From NCBI GenBank assembly GCA_965202985.1, contig CBDBCF010000001.1, positions 480,001-544,000 of the forward strand: DNA of 64,000 nt, read 5' to 3'. The notes beneath the pieces were generated by a model that was not told the DNA's origin, searched no databases, and saw only the letters and a program-made list of their open reading frames with translations. Positions 31,553 through 42,034 of this stretch are shown in pieces. A program made the translations under genes and the position numbers. Origin of the DNA: Longimicrobiales bacterium (GTDB taxonomy: Bacteria; Gemmatimonadota; Gemmatimonadetes; Longimicrobiales; Gaopeijiaceae). The stretch's first letter is position 1; each line of letters opens with the position of its first letter.

Positions 31553-34500
31553 TCAACCACCCTCCCGCAACCACTCCGCCGACAGCGCCTCCGCCTGCTC
31601 CAGCACGGTGTCGGTGGCGGCCGCCTGCTTGTCGGGCGGGTAGCCGTGCTTGCGTAAGATGCGCTTGACGTACACGCGGAGCCGGGCGCGCACGTCTTCT
31701 CGCACGGTCCAGTCGATCGTGGTGTTGCTTCGCACGGTCTTGACGAGCTCCTGGGCTATCGCGCGCAACGTTTCGTCGCCGAGCACCTTCACGGCGCTGT
31801 CGTTGGTCTCCAGGGCGTCGTAGAACGCAAGTTCGTCGTCGGACAGGCCCAGGTCCTCGCCGCGACGGTCGGCCTCGCGCATCTCGCGGGCCAGGCCGAT
31901 CAGCTCCTCGATCACCTGGGCGGTCTCGACGGCGCGGTTTCGGTAGCGCCGCAGCGTCTGCGCCAGCATCTCGGCGAACGAGCGGCTCTGCACGACGTTC
32001 TTTCGGCCGCGCGCGCGCAGGTCGTCCTCCAGGAGCTTGCGCAGCAGGTCCACGGCCAAGTTGCGCTGGGGCATGTCCCGCACCTCGGCCAGGAAGTCTT
32101 CGGAGAGGATCGACACGTCGGGCTTGGGCAGGCCGGCGGCGGCGAAGATGTCGATCACGCCCTCGGGCGCCACGGCCCCGGCGATGATCTGGCGGACGGC
32201 GTGGTCCAGCTCCTCGGCGGGTCGGGCCGAGCCGGGCGCGCGCTTGGCCAGGGAGTTGCGCACGGCCTGGAAGAAGGCGATGTCGGCGCGGATGCCCAGC
32301 GCGTAGTCGTGGGGCACGGCCAGGGCGAACGCCTTCGACAGGGCGTCCACGGCGTCGGCCAGCCGGTCCTTGCCGTTCTCCTGGGCCAGGACGTGCTCCT
32401 GGGCGGCGGGCAGGAGCGCCAGGCGCTGGGCGGGCGCGCCCTCGGCCCACGGGGACCGGTCGAAGCCGTGGAAGATGCCGCAGCACACCTCGTAGTGCTT
32501 GCGCAGCGCGTCCACGGCGGCGTCCTGATCGATGGTCGGGCGCCCCTTGCCGCCGCTGCTCGCGTAGGTGGCCAGCGCCTCCCTCAGCTCGGTCGCAAGG
32601 CCCAGGTAGTCCACCACCACGCCGCCGGGCTTGTCGCGGAAGACGCGGTTCACGCGGGCGATCGCCTGCATCAGGCCGTGGCCCCGCATGGGCTTGTCCA
32701 CGTACATGGTGTGTAGCGACGGGGCGTCGAAGCCGGTGAGCCACATGTCGCGCACCAGCACGATGCGGAACGGGTCGGCCGGGTCGCGGAACCGCTTGGC
32801 CAGCGCCTCCCGCCGCCCCTTGCTGCGGATGTGCCGCTGCCACTCCGGCGGATCGGAGGCCGAGCCCGTCATGACGACCTTGATCGCGCCCAGGCCGTCC
32901 TCTTCCCCGTGCCACTTGGGGCGCTTCGCCGCGATCTTGTCGTACAGGTCCACGCAGATGCGGCGGCTCATGCACACGACCATCGCCTTGCCCTCCAGCG
33001 CTTCGCACCGCTGCTCGAAGTGCCGCACCAAGTCGTCCGCGACCAGCTCCAGTCGCTTGTCGGTCCCGACGACGGCCTCCTGCTGCGCCCAGCGCGCCCT
33101 CAGCTTCTCCTTGCGAGCGACTTCCTCGCCTTCGGTGACCTCTTCGAACCGCGGGTCGATCCGGGGCCGCTCGTCCTCGTCCAGGGCCAGCTTGACCAGC
33201 CGGCTCTCGTAGTAGATCGGCACGGTGGCGCCGTCGTCCACCGCGCGCTGGATGTCGTAGACGCTGATGTGGTCGCCGAAGACGTTCCGCGTGTTGCGGT
33301 CGGTCTGCTCGATGGGCGTCCCGGTGAAGCCGATGAACGACGCGGCCGGCAGGGCGTCCCGCATGTGCGCCGCGAAGCCGTCGATGAAGTCGTACTGGCT
33401 GCGATGGGCCTCGTCGGCGATCACCACGATGTTGCGCCGCGCCGACAGCAGCGGATGGCGGTCGCCGTGCCGCTCGGGGAAGAACTTCTGGATCGTGGTG
33501 AAGACGACCCCGCCCGCCTCCCGGTCCAGCTTCCTGCGCAGGTCCGCCCGGTCGCTGGCCTGCTCCGGCGGCTGGCGCAGCAGGTCCTGGCACCGCGAGA
33601 AGGTGGCGAAGAGCTGCTCGTCCAGGTCGTTCCGGTCGGTGAGGACGACCAGCGTCGGGTTCCTCATGGCCGGCTCGCGGACGATCCGCCCCGCGTAGAA
33701 CGCCATCGTCAGACTCTTGCCGGAACCCTGCGTGTGCCACACCACGCCGACGCGACGGTCGCCGGGGGCCGGCGGCTTCGGACCGGCGTCCAGTGCGCGA
33801 CGGTCCAGCACCTCCACCAGCTCGGCGACGATGCGGACCTGCCCTTCGTGCTCGGGCGCGAGGACGATCGGCCGGAACCGGGGGTTGCGGGGCCTCAGCA
33901 CGACGCGGGCGTGACGCCAGCCGTCGGCAGCGCCGCCTTCCGAAGCCTTCTCGCTCTCGTACCGCTTGACGGTGTAGCGCTCGCCGGTCTCCGGGTCGAT
34001 CTCGTCCCGCAGCTCGACCAGCACCGTCTTGCCCTGGCGCGTGCCCTCGACCGGCGCGGCGAAGAGGCACCACGCGCCGTCGGGGACCTGCGGCTCCATG
34101 GACTGCCCGACGACCTGGGCCACGAACATGCCCCGCCGGAGCGGGCGTCGCGGGCAAACCTTCGTCCACTCGAAGTCGTCCGCCGGAAAGCTCTGCGGGT
34201 CGCCGAACGCGCCCGCCGCGGCCTTGAGCGGAACCAGCGGGGCGGTCGTGACCCAGCGGGTTCGGGGGTCGGGCGGGACGACGACGGGGCGGAACGGCCG
34301 CACGGGCGGGGCCTCGTCCTGGGCGGCCTGCATTCGCGTTGCGCGCAAGGTCTCGCCGACGGCCACTTGAACGGCGTGATACTGGTGGTACCCCGCGATC
34401 TTCTTGGCCAGTTCCCCGCTCCCGTCGTCCTCGAAGACGACGAAGTCCCGGATCATGGCGAGCAGGTGCTCGGGCGCGCACAGCCCTTCGATCGCGACTT

Positions 34501-35191
34501 GAAGCTGAAGCGCCGACGGCTTGGCTTCCTTGTCCCCGGCGACGGTGCGCCACGGCTTGAACCACTCCCAGCCGCCGGTGAGCGTGCCGAACCGGGCCTC
34601 CACGCCGTCCGACACGCCCATGAACTCGTTCATGGCGAAGAGCGTCGGCAGCTCGGCCTTGTAGGTCTGGAGCTGGCGCCAGGCAGTGTGGACCGTGGCG
34701 TCGGGGTCGCTGGGGTGCTTGAGCTCGATCACGCCCAGCGGGAGCCCGTTGACGAACAGCACGATGTCCAGGCGACGCGTGTGCTTGCCCTCGACGACGG
34801 TGAACTGGTTGACGGCCAGCCAGTCGTTGCTGGCCGGGTGGTCGAAGTCGAGGACTCGGGCGTGGTGGCCGCGGATTCGGCCGGATGCGTCGCGGTACTC
34901 GACGGGGATGCCGTCGATCAGCATCCGGTGAAAGGCGCGGTTCCGGGCGTCGAGGGTGGGGCCGGCGGGGTGGATGAGCTTGCGGAGGGCGTCTTCGTGG
35001 GCTTTGCTGGGGAGGTCCGGGTTGAGGTGGGAGATAGCGGCCTGAAGGCGGGACCCCAAGACGACATCGCTGTGATCCGAGCGCTCCGACATGGAACCAC
35101 CGGGGGCGATGTCGGGCCCCTCGGCGATCGCCCAGCCGGAGTGGCCGAGCCACTCGAGTGCGACATGCTCAATATCGGATTCGTCGATCAA
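31553..35191 (-). CDS. hsdR: Type I restriction enzyme R subunit with inserted S24 (LexA-like) peptidase domain
   Basis: [17 protein letters not shown] nuclease motif, [40 protein letters not shown]-terminal ELAFYDAL; ~170-aa insertion at ~33805-34320. Confidence 0.96.
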   Translation of the reverse strand: MIDESDIEHVALEWLGHSGWAIAEGPDIAPGGSMSERSDHSDVVLGSRLQAAISHLNPDLPSKAHEDALRKLIHPAGPTLDARNRAFHRMLIDGIPVEYRDASGRIRGHHARVLDFDHPASNDWLAVNQFTVVEGKHTRRLDIVLFVNGLPLGVIELKHPSDPDATVHTAWRQLQTYKAELPTLFAMNEFMGVSDGVEARFGTLTGGWEWFKPWRTVAGDKEAKPSALQLQVAIEGLCAPEHLLAMIRDFVVFEDDGSGELAKKIAGYHQYHAVQVAVGETLRATRMQAAQDEAPPVRPFRPVVVPPDPRTRWVTTAPLVPLKAAAGAFGDPQSFPADDFEWTKVCPRRPLRRGMFVAQVVGQSMEPQVPDGAWCLFAAPVEGTRQGKTVLVELRDEIDPETGERYTVKRYESEKASEGGAADGWRHARVVLRPRNPRFRPIVLAPEHEGQVRIVAELVEVLDRRALDAGPKPPAPGDRRVGVVWHTQGSGKSLTMAFYAGRIVREPAMRNPTLVVLTDRNDLDEQLFATFSRCQDLLRQPPEQASDRADLRRKLDREAGGVVFTTIQKFFPERHGDRHPLLSARRNIVVIADEAHRSQYDFIDGFAAHMRDALPAASFIGFTGTPIEQTDRNTRNVFGDHISVYDIQRAVDDGATVPIYYESRLVKLALDEDERPRIDPRFEEVTEGEEVARKEKLRARWAQQEAVVGTDKRLELVADDLVRHFEQRCEALEGKAMVVCMSRRICVDLYDKIAAKRPKWHGEEDGLGAIKVVMTGSASDPPEWQRHIRSKGRREALAKRFRDPADPFRIVLVRDMWLTGFDAPSLHTMYVDKPMRGHGLMQAIARVNRVFRDKPGGVVVDYLGLATELREALATYASSGGKGRPTIDQDAAVDALRKHYEVCCGIFHGFDRSPWAEGAPAQRLALLPAAQEHVLAQENGKDRLADAVDALSKAFALAVPHDYALGIRADIAFFQAVRNSLAKRAPGSARPAEELDHAVRQIIAGAVAPEGVIDIFAAAGLPKPDVSILSEDFLAEVRDMPQRNLAVDLLRKLLEDDLRARGRKNVVQSRSFAEMLAQTLRRYRNRAVETAQVIEELIGLAREMREADRRGEDLGLSDDELAFYDALETNDSAVKVLGDETLRAIAQELVKTVRSNTTIDWTVREDVRARLRVYVKRILRKHGYPPDKQAAATDTVLEQAEALSAEWLREGG

Positions 35192-35440
35192 GAACACCCT
35201 TCCCGCCACGGAAAGCAAGGCGTTGGCTTACGATCTGGCAATCTAGCCGGATGTCCAATTGGGAACCACTGGCGTCCCCTCAGGATCACCCGGTACCCTT
35301 CGCTCCCCTGCCACCGCAGGAAACATCCGCTTCAACTGCGAACCACGGTTGACCGAATCGCCATGTCCTGCCACCGTTAACGACCATCACGGGCTTGCCG
35401 CCCGAGAATCTCTCAATACCGTACCCCAGGACCTACGAGC

Positions 35441-36943
35441 ATGCCTACCACCACTTCCCCTACCACACCCGAGCCCCGATCCCACCGACGATGGCAGGAC
35501 TACGAGCAAGAAGTATACGAGGCCCTTCGTAGGTGCTACCCGGATGCCGACATCGTCCGCGACGCAAAGATACTAGGACGTAATTCCAAGAGAAAGCGCC
35601 AAGTGGATGTACTCATCCGAAGCAATGTCGCTGGCTTCTCAATCACCATCGCCGTCGAAGCTAAGTGTCTGTCTCGAAAGATTCATGTCAAAGACGTGGA
35701 GTCGTTCGAAGGAATGATGAGAGATATTGGTGCCGAACACGGGCTACTGATAACTGAGGCAGGATTTTCTCAGGCAGCCATCGACCGTGCCCGAAATGGC
35801 GACTTGAAACTTGAGCTCGATATTCTGAGCATCGCAGAACTGACAAGCTACCAAGCAGAACACGGGCTTCCGTATTCCGGCAAATACGGTGTCAGCCTGT
35901 TTCCGCCCTTCGGATGGGTCGTTGATATTCGTCAGGTACTGCCATGTTGTGCTACTCTGTACCCGCGAGGCATGACCTTGGAAAAAGCTCAGGAAAAGAA
36001 ATCGTGGATGTACGTAAATTTTTGGCATACGACCGATGATCCTATCTCTTCGCTCACTGCGTTAGTGGAACAACAAAACCGCGAAATGACATTGTCGTAT
36101 AATGGCCTGCAGGTGTCAACTCACGAGTCGCCGCCCATGAGAAGCGATGGCATGAAGACTCACATACGAGTTGCTACCTGGCATGATTTGGATGGCAGCG
36201 AGGTTACGGGGTTTGTAGAGTTCGACGGCTTCATCTTCTACGCGGTATTGTTTACCAATGACGACTTTGTAGACAGAAACACCGCCAAACTTGCATACAT
36301 GCTGGCACATGTCCAGCCACTTACAATCGATTTCGACAACACAGAATTGATTGCCGCTCTCGCAGAACAAGCCGAGACGGAAGACGACATGGTCGCCAAG
36401 GCAACCTGCCATTACCGACTATCGTGGTTGTATCATCAAATGGATGATAGGGAAAACGCACTGAAGCACAGGAGGCTTTGTTGGCATTACAATCCAGAAC
36501 ATTATGGAAACATCGTCCCGCTGATCAAAGATGAACTGGAGACTGGTCATCTCATGAACGCCGAAAAGTGTGCGCTCGATTTCGTTTCTCGAGCACCAAC
36601 GAATCCAACAGTAATGCAAGACCTGCTACACGCTTACTGCTCACGTGACAGTTTTATAGACAGTTTTCACAAACTTGTCAGTAAGCTGATGGCCCGGCAT
36701 CGCGGTGAAGCGCTTGCGAATGTACTCTACCATTATGGAATCTATTTTGCAAACGAAGGCGATATGAAGAATTTCCGACAATACTTGACACAGGCGCGAG
36801 ATCTGTTTATCGATTGCAACGTCCATCCCGAAGTCGTGCAGCACATTGACGAGCTATTGCGGACCGTTCCGGGAATTTTTCGAGGAGAAAAAGGACCCTA
36901 CTTGAATTTTGTGAAAAACGTGGGCCCTCCTTATCCCGAGTAA
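35441..36943 (+). CDS. Mrr-like restriction endonuclease domain fused to C-terminal TPR-like repeats
   Basis: WQDYEQEV...RQVDVLI...AVEAK...GLLITEAGFSQAA; helical C-terminus; markedly lower GC. Confidence 0.8.
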   Translation: MPTTTSPTTPEPRSHRRWQDYEQEVYEALRRCYPDADIVRDAKILGRNSKRKRQVDVLIRSNVAGFSITIAVEAKCLSRKIHVKDVESFEGMMRDIGAEHGLLITEAGFSQAAIDRARNGDLKLELDILSIAELTSYQAEHGLPYSGKYGVSLFPPFGWVVDIRQVLPCCATLYPRGMTLEKAQEKKSWMYVNFWHTTDDPISSLTALVEQQNREMTLSYNGLQVSTHESPPMRSDGMKTHIRVATWHDLDGSEVTGFVEFDGFIFYAVLFTNDDFVDRNTAKLAYMLAHVQPLTIDFDNTELIAALAEQAETEDDMVAKATCHYRLSWLYHQMDDRENALKHRRLCWHYNPEHYGNIVPLIKDELETGHLMNAEKCALDFVSRAPTNPTVMQDLLHAYCSRDSFIDSFHKLVSKLMARHRGEALANVLYHYGIYFANEGDMKNFRQYLTQARDLFIDCNVHPEVVQHIDELLRTVPGIFRGEKGPYLNFVKNVGPPYPE

Positions 36944-37152
36944 TCTGCCATGGGAAAGAGGGACTCCAATTGTCGAGCGACAACCAAGGTGAGACGGTAG
37001 CGACAACCAAGATGAGACTGTCGGAGGCGGCCGTGATCTGATGTCGAGGGGTTCGGACGCGGGCTTGGTCCTGTCGTTCGACGGCGGGCCGTCGGTGATC
37101 GTGGAACGAGGTCCAGCTAGTTCAGTGTCTTCCCGAACGAGGAGGAGCGCTG

Positions 37153-38799
37153 ATGGCGGGCCGGCACGTGAACGATGGCCAGGCGAGGCAGTACATGAGG
37201 CGCCGGAAGAACGGTCGTGCGGTGGAGACGGCGGCGGCGAAGGCGGGGTTCGGCAGGGCGACGGGGTACAGGCTGGAGGCGGACGCTCGACTGCCGTCGG
37301 CGAAGCGGAAGCGGCGGGGCAGCAGGCGGCCGGACCCGTTGGGCGGGCTGTTCGAGCGCGTGGCGCTGCCGCTGCTCGAGCGGAACCCGGGTTTGCGGGC
37401 AGTGGCGGTCTTCGAGGAGTTGCGGAGGCTGCATCCCGAGCTGCCGGCGGGCACGCGGCGGACGGTCGAGCGGCGTGTGCGGGAGTGGAAGGCGCTGCAC
37501 GGTCCGGAGCGGGAGGTGGTGTTCGCGCAGAAGCACCGTCCGGGTCGTCGGGGCTACTCGGACTTCACCGCCATGGCGAAGCTGGGGGTGACGGTGGCGG
37601 GCGAGCCGCTGCGGCATCTGCTGTATCGGTTCCGGCTGCCGTACTCGGGCTTCGAGCACGCTCGCGTGGTGCTGGGCGGCGAGAGCTGGACGGCGCTGGC
37701 GGAGGGGTTGCAGGAGGCGCTGTGGGCGCTGGGCGGCGCGCCGGCCGAGCATCGGACGGACAGCTTGTCGGCAGCGTTCGAGAACCTGTCGAAGGAAGCG
37801 GCGGAAGACCAGACGCGCAGCTACGAGACGCTGTGCGCCCACTACGGGATGACGCCGACGCGCAACAACCGGGGCCGGGCGCACGAGAACGGGGTGGTCG
37901 AGAGCAGCCACGGCCACTTCAAGCGGGCACTGGCCGACGCGCTGATGCTGCGGGGCTCGAGGGAGTTCGAGTCGGTGGAGGCGTACCGCGCTTTCGTGGG
38001 CGGCGTGGTCGCTCGCCGCAACGCGCGCCGGAGCGCGGAGCGGGTCGAGAAGGAAGCCAAGGCGCTGCGGCCGCTGCCGGGCGAGCGGGTGCAGGACTGT
38101 CGCGAGACGCGGGTGCGGGTCACGCGGTCGGGCGGCTTCACGCTGGGCAAGGTGTTCTACACGCTGCCGTCGCGCATGATCGGCCACGTGCTGACGGCGC
38201 GCGTCTACGACGACCGCATCGAGCTGTATTTGGGCGCGAAGCGCTGCGACGTGCTGCCCCGCGTGCGGCCGGGCAAGGGCAAGCGGGCGCGCAACGTCAA
38301 CTACCGCCACGTGATCCGGTCGCTCCAGCGCAAGCCGATGGCGTTGAAGGACTGGGTGCACCGCGACCAGCTCTTCCCCCGCGACGCCTACCGCAGAGCC
38401 TACGACGCGGTCGTGGCCAAGCACGGCGACCGCAGAGCGTGCGCCGTCGCCGTCGCCCTGCTCGCGCTGGCCCACGAACAGGGCTGCGAGCGCGCGCTGG
38501 CCGAGCGCATCGACGACATCCTCGACGCCGGCGGCATCCCCGACCCCAAGGCGCTCGCACGCGAGTTCGCACCGCCCGAGCCCGGCGTCCTCGACATCGC
38601 GCCTCGTGTGCGCGAAGGTTCGCTGGACCGCTACGACGGCCTCTTCGGCGTCCGCAACGGCGACGGCCCCGCCGAAGGACCGGCCCCCGACGGCGCCCGC
38701 CGCATGGAAGGAGACGCTCGACGAGCCCCAAGCAGCCCTTCGTCGTGGACGACGCCGAGGTGGACCGCATGCTCAAGGAACTGCGCATGCCCACCATGA
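37153..38799 (+). CDS. istA: IS21 transposase IstA
   Basis: RRPDPL, W-ALHG-EREV-F-Q, SDFT, GGAPAEHRTDSLSAAF, AHENG-VES-HGHFK. Confidence 0.93.
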   Translation: MAGRHVNDGQARQYMRRRKNGRAVETAAAKAGFGRATGYRLEADARLPSAKRKRRGSRRPDPLGGLFERVALPLLERNPGLRAVAVFEELRRLHPELPAGTRRTVERRVREWKALHGPEREVVFAQKHRPGRRGYSDFTAMAKLGVTVAGEPLRHLLYRFRLPYSGFEHARVVLGGESWTALAEGLQEALWALGGAPAEHRTDSLSAAFENLSKEAAEDQTRSYETLCAHYGMTPTRNNRGRAHENGVVESSHGHFKRALADALMLRGSREFESVEAYRAFVGGVVARRNARRSAERVEKEAKALRPLPGERVQDCRETRVRVTRSGGFTLGKVFYTLPSRMIGHVLTARVYDDRIELYLGAKRCDVLPRVRPGKGKRARNVNYRHVIRSLQRKPMALKDWVHRDQLFPRDAYRRAYDAVVAKHGDRRACAVAVALLALAHEQGCERALAERIDDILDAGGIPDPKALAREFAPPEPGVLDIAPRVREGSLDRYDGLFGVRNGDGPAEGPAPDGARRMEGDARRAPSSPSSWTTPRWTACSRNCACPP

Positions 38800-39089
38800 A
38801 GGACATGTGGCGGCCGTTCGCCGACCGGGCACAGCGCGAAGGCTGGTCCCACGACCGCTACCTCGCCCAGCTGGCCGAACAGGAACTCGCCGACCGGGCG
38901 CGCCGACGCTTCGAGCGCCACCGCGCCGAGGCCAAGCTGCCCCCCGGCAAGTCGCTCGACAACTTCGACTTCGGCCGCCTGCCCGGACTGTCCGAACGCC
39001 TGGTCCGCGTCCTCGCCAACGGAGGCGACTGGATCGACGACGGCCACAACGTCGTCGTCCTCGGCCCGCCCGGCACCGGCAAGAGCCAT
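38721..39089 (+). pseudogene. istB: IS21 helper ATPase IstB, truncated just after Walker A
   Basis: LKELRMP...EGWS...AKLPPGKSLDNFDF...NVVVLGPPGTGKSH then unrelated sequence; expected start codon reads ACG. Confidence 0.85.
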
Positions 39090-39910
39090 GCGGGCGGTCG
39101 TCGTGGGCGACCACCGCGGCGCGGGCGATCGGCTGCTGGAGAATCGGGAGTTCCAGCGGTCAGCGCGCATTGGGGCTTCCGCATCCGGGCGTGCAGAGCA
39201 GGTCGGGCGAAGACGAAGGGAAGGTCGAGCGGCCGATCAGCTACGTCCGCAGCAGCTTCTTCTACGGTCGGGAGTTCGTCTCCGACGACGATCTGAACGC
39301 TCGTGCTCGCCGCTGGCTCGACACGGTGGCCAACGTTCGCGTTCACGGCACGTTGAAGCAGCGTCCGTGGTCCGCTTCGAGGACGAGCGGGGCCGGCTCC
39401 TGCCGTTGGCGGGGCGGCCCTACCGCTTGGTCGTCCCGGTCGCGGCTCGGCAGGCGGCGCCGGAGTCGGGCGGTCGCGTCGTGGCGGTGGAGCGGCGGTC
39501 TCTGGCCGAGTACGCCAAGATCGCGGAGGCGTCGTCGTGAAGGCGGTGTCGCGCAGAGACCGGATCGCGGAGATGCTGGCGGACTTGAAGATGCCGGGCG
39601 CGCTCGAAGCGCTTGCCGACATGTTGGCCCGCGTCGACGGTGGCGCTGCGACAGCGGCCGAAGCGATCGAGGAGCTGCTGGCGGTGCAGACCGTGTTGCG
39701 CAACAGCCGTCGGCTGGCCACGGTGATACGGTCGAGCCGTACGGCACGCTGTCCGATCTCGTCGAGTCGCTCGACGAAGCTCAGGCCGCCGGCCGCCTCA
39801 AATAGCGGCTCAAGACGCTGACGCACCCGTCGTTGCTGGTGGTCGACGAGATCGGCTTACTTGCCGGTGAGCCGGAGCGCAGCGACGCTGCTCTTCCCAG
39901 CTGATCATGC
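39088..39910 (+). pseudogene. Second IS21-family remnant (istA 3' fragment and internally deleted istB)
   Basis: Frameshifted HWGFRIRAC / KGKVERPISYVR-SF / WLDTVANVRVHGT, then LADLKMPGALEAL...LLVVDEIG with a deletion and an in-frame stop. Confidence 0.85.
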
Positions 39911-40081
39911 TAGCGCTCCACGTCGTGGAACCTCCGGCCGCTGGCGTCGTTCGCGAACATCACGCCCTCGAATCGCCCGCCCATGAAGTCCGGCCGCCTG
40001 CCTGGCGTTGACAATGGTGCTCGATGACGCCACCTTCCGTGACCCACCATCGATGTCGTCTCAGAAACGAGGGCTAGGTTC

Positions 40082-40499
40082 ATGGTCGCGAAGCGGCGAG
40101 AAGACGCTCCTGACATCCACGATCAGTACAGAGCACCCATGATCGCCCTGTGCGATGTAGCCGAGTATGAATTTCCCATCAGCTCCTATGAGACCCATCA
40201 GCTCCTATGAGATTCGAGAACTGGTCTCTCTTTATGAATACGAAGTCGCGTACCGCTGTGCAGAACTCGAGGATAAAGGATACTTAGTAACTAGCGAGAT
40301 CCAGTCGTCATTGTCGCAGGACGTTTCGCCGACGATTGTCGTCAAGCGCATTACAAGCTATGGACGGGACTACGTTCTCGTCGTGTCAAACCCGAAACGA
40401 TGGCCGAAAGTTAAGAAATGGATGGCCAGCTACGGTCTTCCTGCTGGTCAGGTATTTTCCAACCTAATCTTCAAACTGTTTGAATCAGCTAACAGATAG
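40082..40499 (+). pseudogene. DUF2513-like winged-helix protein frameshifted by a 19-bp tandem duplication
   Basis: CCCATCAGCTCCTATGAGA x2 at 40175-40212; removing one copy joins ATG 40082 to ...YRCAELEDKGYL...RITSYGRDYV...W-KVK; family call tentative. Confidence 0.55.
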
Positions 40500-42034
40500 T
40501 CAATAAGACTGTCCCGAACATTTGCAAGTAGAGTCGACTCGGCGACATTTGCCACTAATGCACTGTAAAGGGGAAACGTCAGTCTCTCGAACATCCTAAT
40601 CGCTTCAATCGGTGGCTGCACGACACGGATGTTAGCAAGTTGTTTCTTGTTGATCGCACCAAACACAGTGCCCATTGCATTATATTCTGTCAATCTATGT
40701 TGGATTTCCCTGATAGCATGAAAAGTAAATGACACGCACCCGGACTGATGGAGTACAGCCGCTAGGCCACGTCCAATACAGCATTTTTCGTATGCAATAT
40801 TCGCATGCCCGACTGGGGCACGAACACTGATTAAGGTACTGCCTGGCTGGGCAATCCGTTTGGGAAGTGAACAATAGACTCTATTCTTCGGAAAATGTAA
40901 GCCAAAATCGGCACTGCCTTGAAAAAATGGTAATCCGACGTCAGATTCGGTCGAGTAAGTGCGGCTAGGTGGAGACTGTCCCATTACGATAGAGTAGCAG
41001 TCACCCAGGCGCTCCACAGTCCATCCTTTCGGAATACTGCCAATATCCACGTTAACAAATTCCTCGGGGAACAAATTTATAATATCTTGCGTGATATAGT
41101 TGATCGATTTTGCTTCTGCGTCATTTCGCATCGGGACAAACCATGCTTTGTATATTGCTTGTATCAGTTCGGTCAGAGTTCCGTCCTGTTGTTGGTTCAA
41201 ATGAATCTTATCATCTAGCTTGGTCAGGACGTGAACATACTGACGCTGTGCAGAAATGGGGGGAATGGAGACACAACAGTCACTTAATGCACTAACGGGT
41301 ACTCTTTGCCTGCCTGATGTTCCTGTCATTTGACCGATAGCATACTGACGTAGCCGACTTGAACGGGCCAAATAGTACGCAAATGTGTCATCTGTCACGT
41401 CCGGTCGTCCGCGTGTGACAATGAACTCGGTAGATCCATGGGCATACTCGGAACCGCCAGACTTCGCACAGTACCGAGCAATCTTGCCGTTTTCGAGAGA
41501 CGGGGTAATGCGCGCCATCAGCGTATCACCACATCGAAAACGTGACCCGGTACCGGCGTATGAACGCTCGCTGGATGATTCTACACAGCGATTGCCAGGC
41601 GTGACGTCAGCCATACCGACAAAAGAATAGAGCTGTCCACGAACAAGAGGTACACTTGGGTTGATCATGACAGCATCACAGTAGCGCATGTCCCTATACT
41701 TGCTTTGCAAACTAGCGCTTCCAGTACTTCGAGAAAGTATCACATGATGTCGGTTGATCACTTTCTGAAAAGCCTCGGGCAAATCTTGCCACACAAGCAC
41801 ATCTACTCGGAACGGAAGATCGCTTTCCGCAAAAGCCTCCTGCAGATCCGATACTTGGTGACGTTGCTTGTGATCGGAAAAGACCACCAAATCGAGATCG
41901 GACTGCGGACGTGCAGTCCAGTTTACACGGGAACCGTAGGCCCATACATCTGTGTCAGGCAAGTACTGCTTGATCAGGTCGAATACTAGACATCTTTCGA
42001 CCGCCGTAAGGTCGATCTCGTGACTCAGTGCCAT
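40448..42034 (-). CDS. hsdS: MNT nucleotidyltransferase fused to type I R-M specificity subunit
   Basis: N-terminal ~100 aa AYGSRVNWTARPQSDLD...FRVDV (GSX10DXD); then two TRDs (GDTLMARITPSLENGK, GTSGRQRV, PPISAQ...LDDKI; IPKGW, MGQSPPS, SVRAPVG, IGRGLAA, RDSL). Confidence 0.93.
   Translation of the reverse strand: MALSHEIDLTAVERCLVFDLIKQYLPDTDVWAYGSRVNWTARPQSDLDLVVFSDHKQRHQVSDLQEAFAESDLPFRVDVLVWQDLPEAFQKVINRHHVILSRSTGSASLQSKYRDMRYCDAVMINPSVPLVRGQLYSFVGMADVTPGNRCVESSSERSYAGTGSRFRCGDTLMARITPSLENGKIARYCAKSGGSEYAHGSTEFIVTRGRPDVTDDTFAYYLARSSRLRQYAIGQMTGTSGRQRVPVSALSDCCVSIPPISAQRQYVHVLTKLDDKIHLNQQQDGTLTELIQAIYKAWFVPMRNDAEAKSINYITQDIINLFPEEFVNVDIGSIPKGWTVERLGDCYSIVMGQSPPSRTYSTESDVGLPFFQGSADFGLHFPKNRVYCSLPKRIAQPGSTLISVRAPVGHANIAYEKCCIGRGLAAVLHQSGCVSFTFHAIREIQHRLTEYNAMGTVFGAINKKQLANIRVVQPPIEAIRMFERLTFPLYSALVANVAESTLLANVRDSLIDYLLADSNSLKIRLENT

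Larger units (their letters stand above)
36971..39089 (+). mobile_element. IS21-family element, truncated (left end, istA, 5' part of istB)
   Basis: Left end TGTCGAGCG... with two 20-bp sub-terminal repeats agcgacaaccaag(g/a)tgagac at 36976 and 36999; istA and partial istB follow; no right end found. Confidence 0.88.

Noticed and set aside
33805..34320. HsdR insertion as an intein
   Set aside because: No N-terminal Cys/Ser splice motif, no terminal His-Asn and no LAGLIDADG/HNH motif; the motifs instead match S24 peptidases.
30936..35380. Very long alternative-frame and antisense ORFs (e.g. 30936-35153, 32831-35380; likewise 11289-14003, 55598-58987, 61268-63937)
   Set aside because: Arg/Pro/Gly/Ala-rich or antisense shadow frames expected at this GC content; each overlaps a gene with clear family motifs.
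36976..37018. Two 20-bp direct repeats as a mini CRISPR array
   Set aside because: The spacer is only 3 bp, and the repeats follow a TG terminus upstream of istA, i.e. IS21 end repeats; no cas genes are present.
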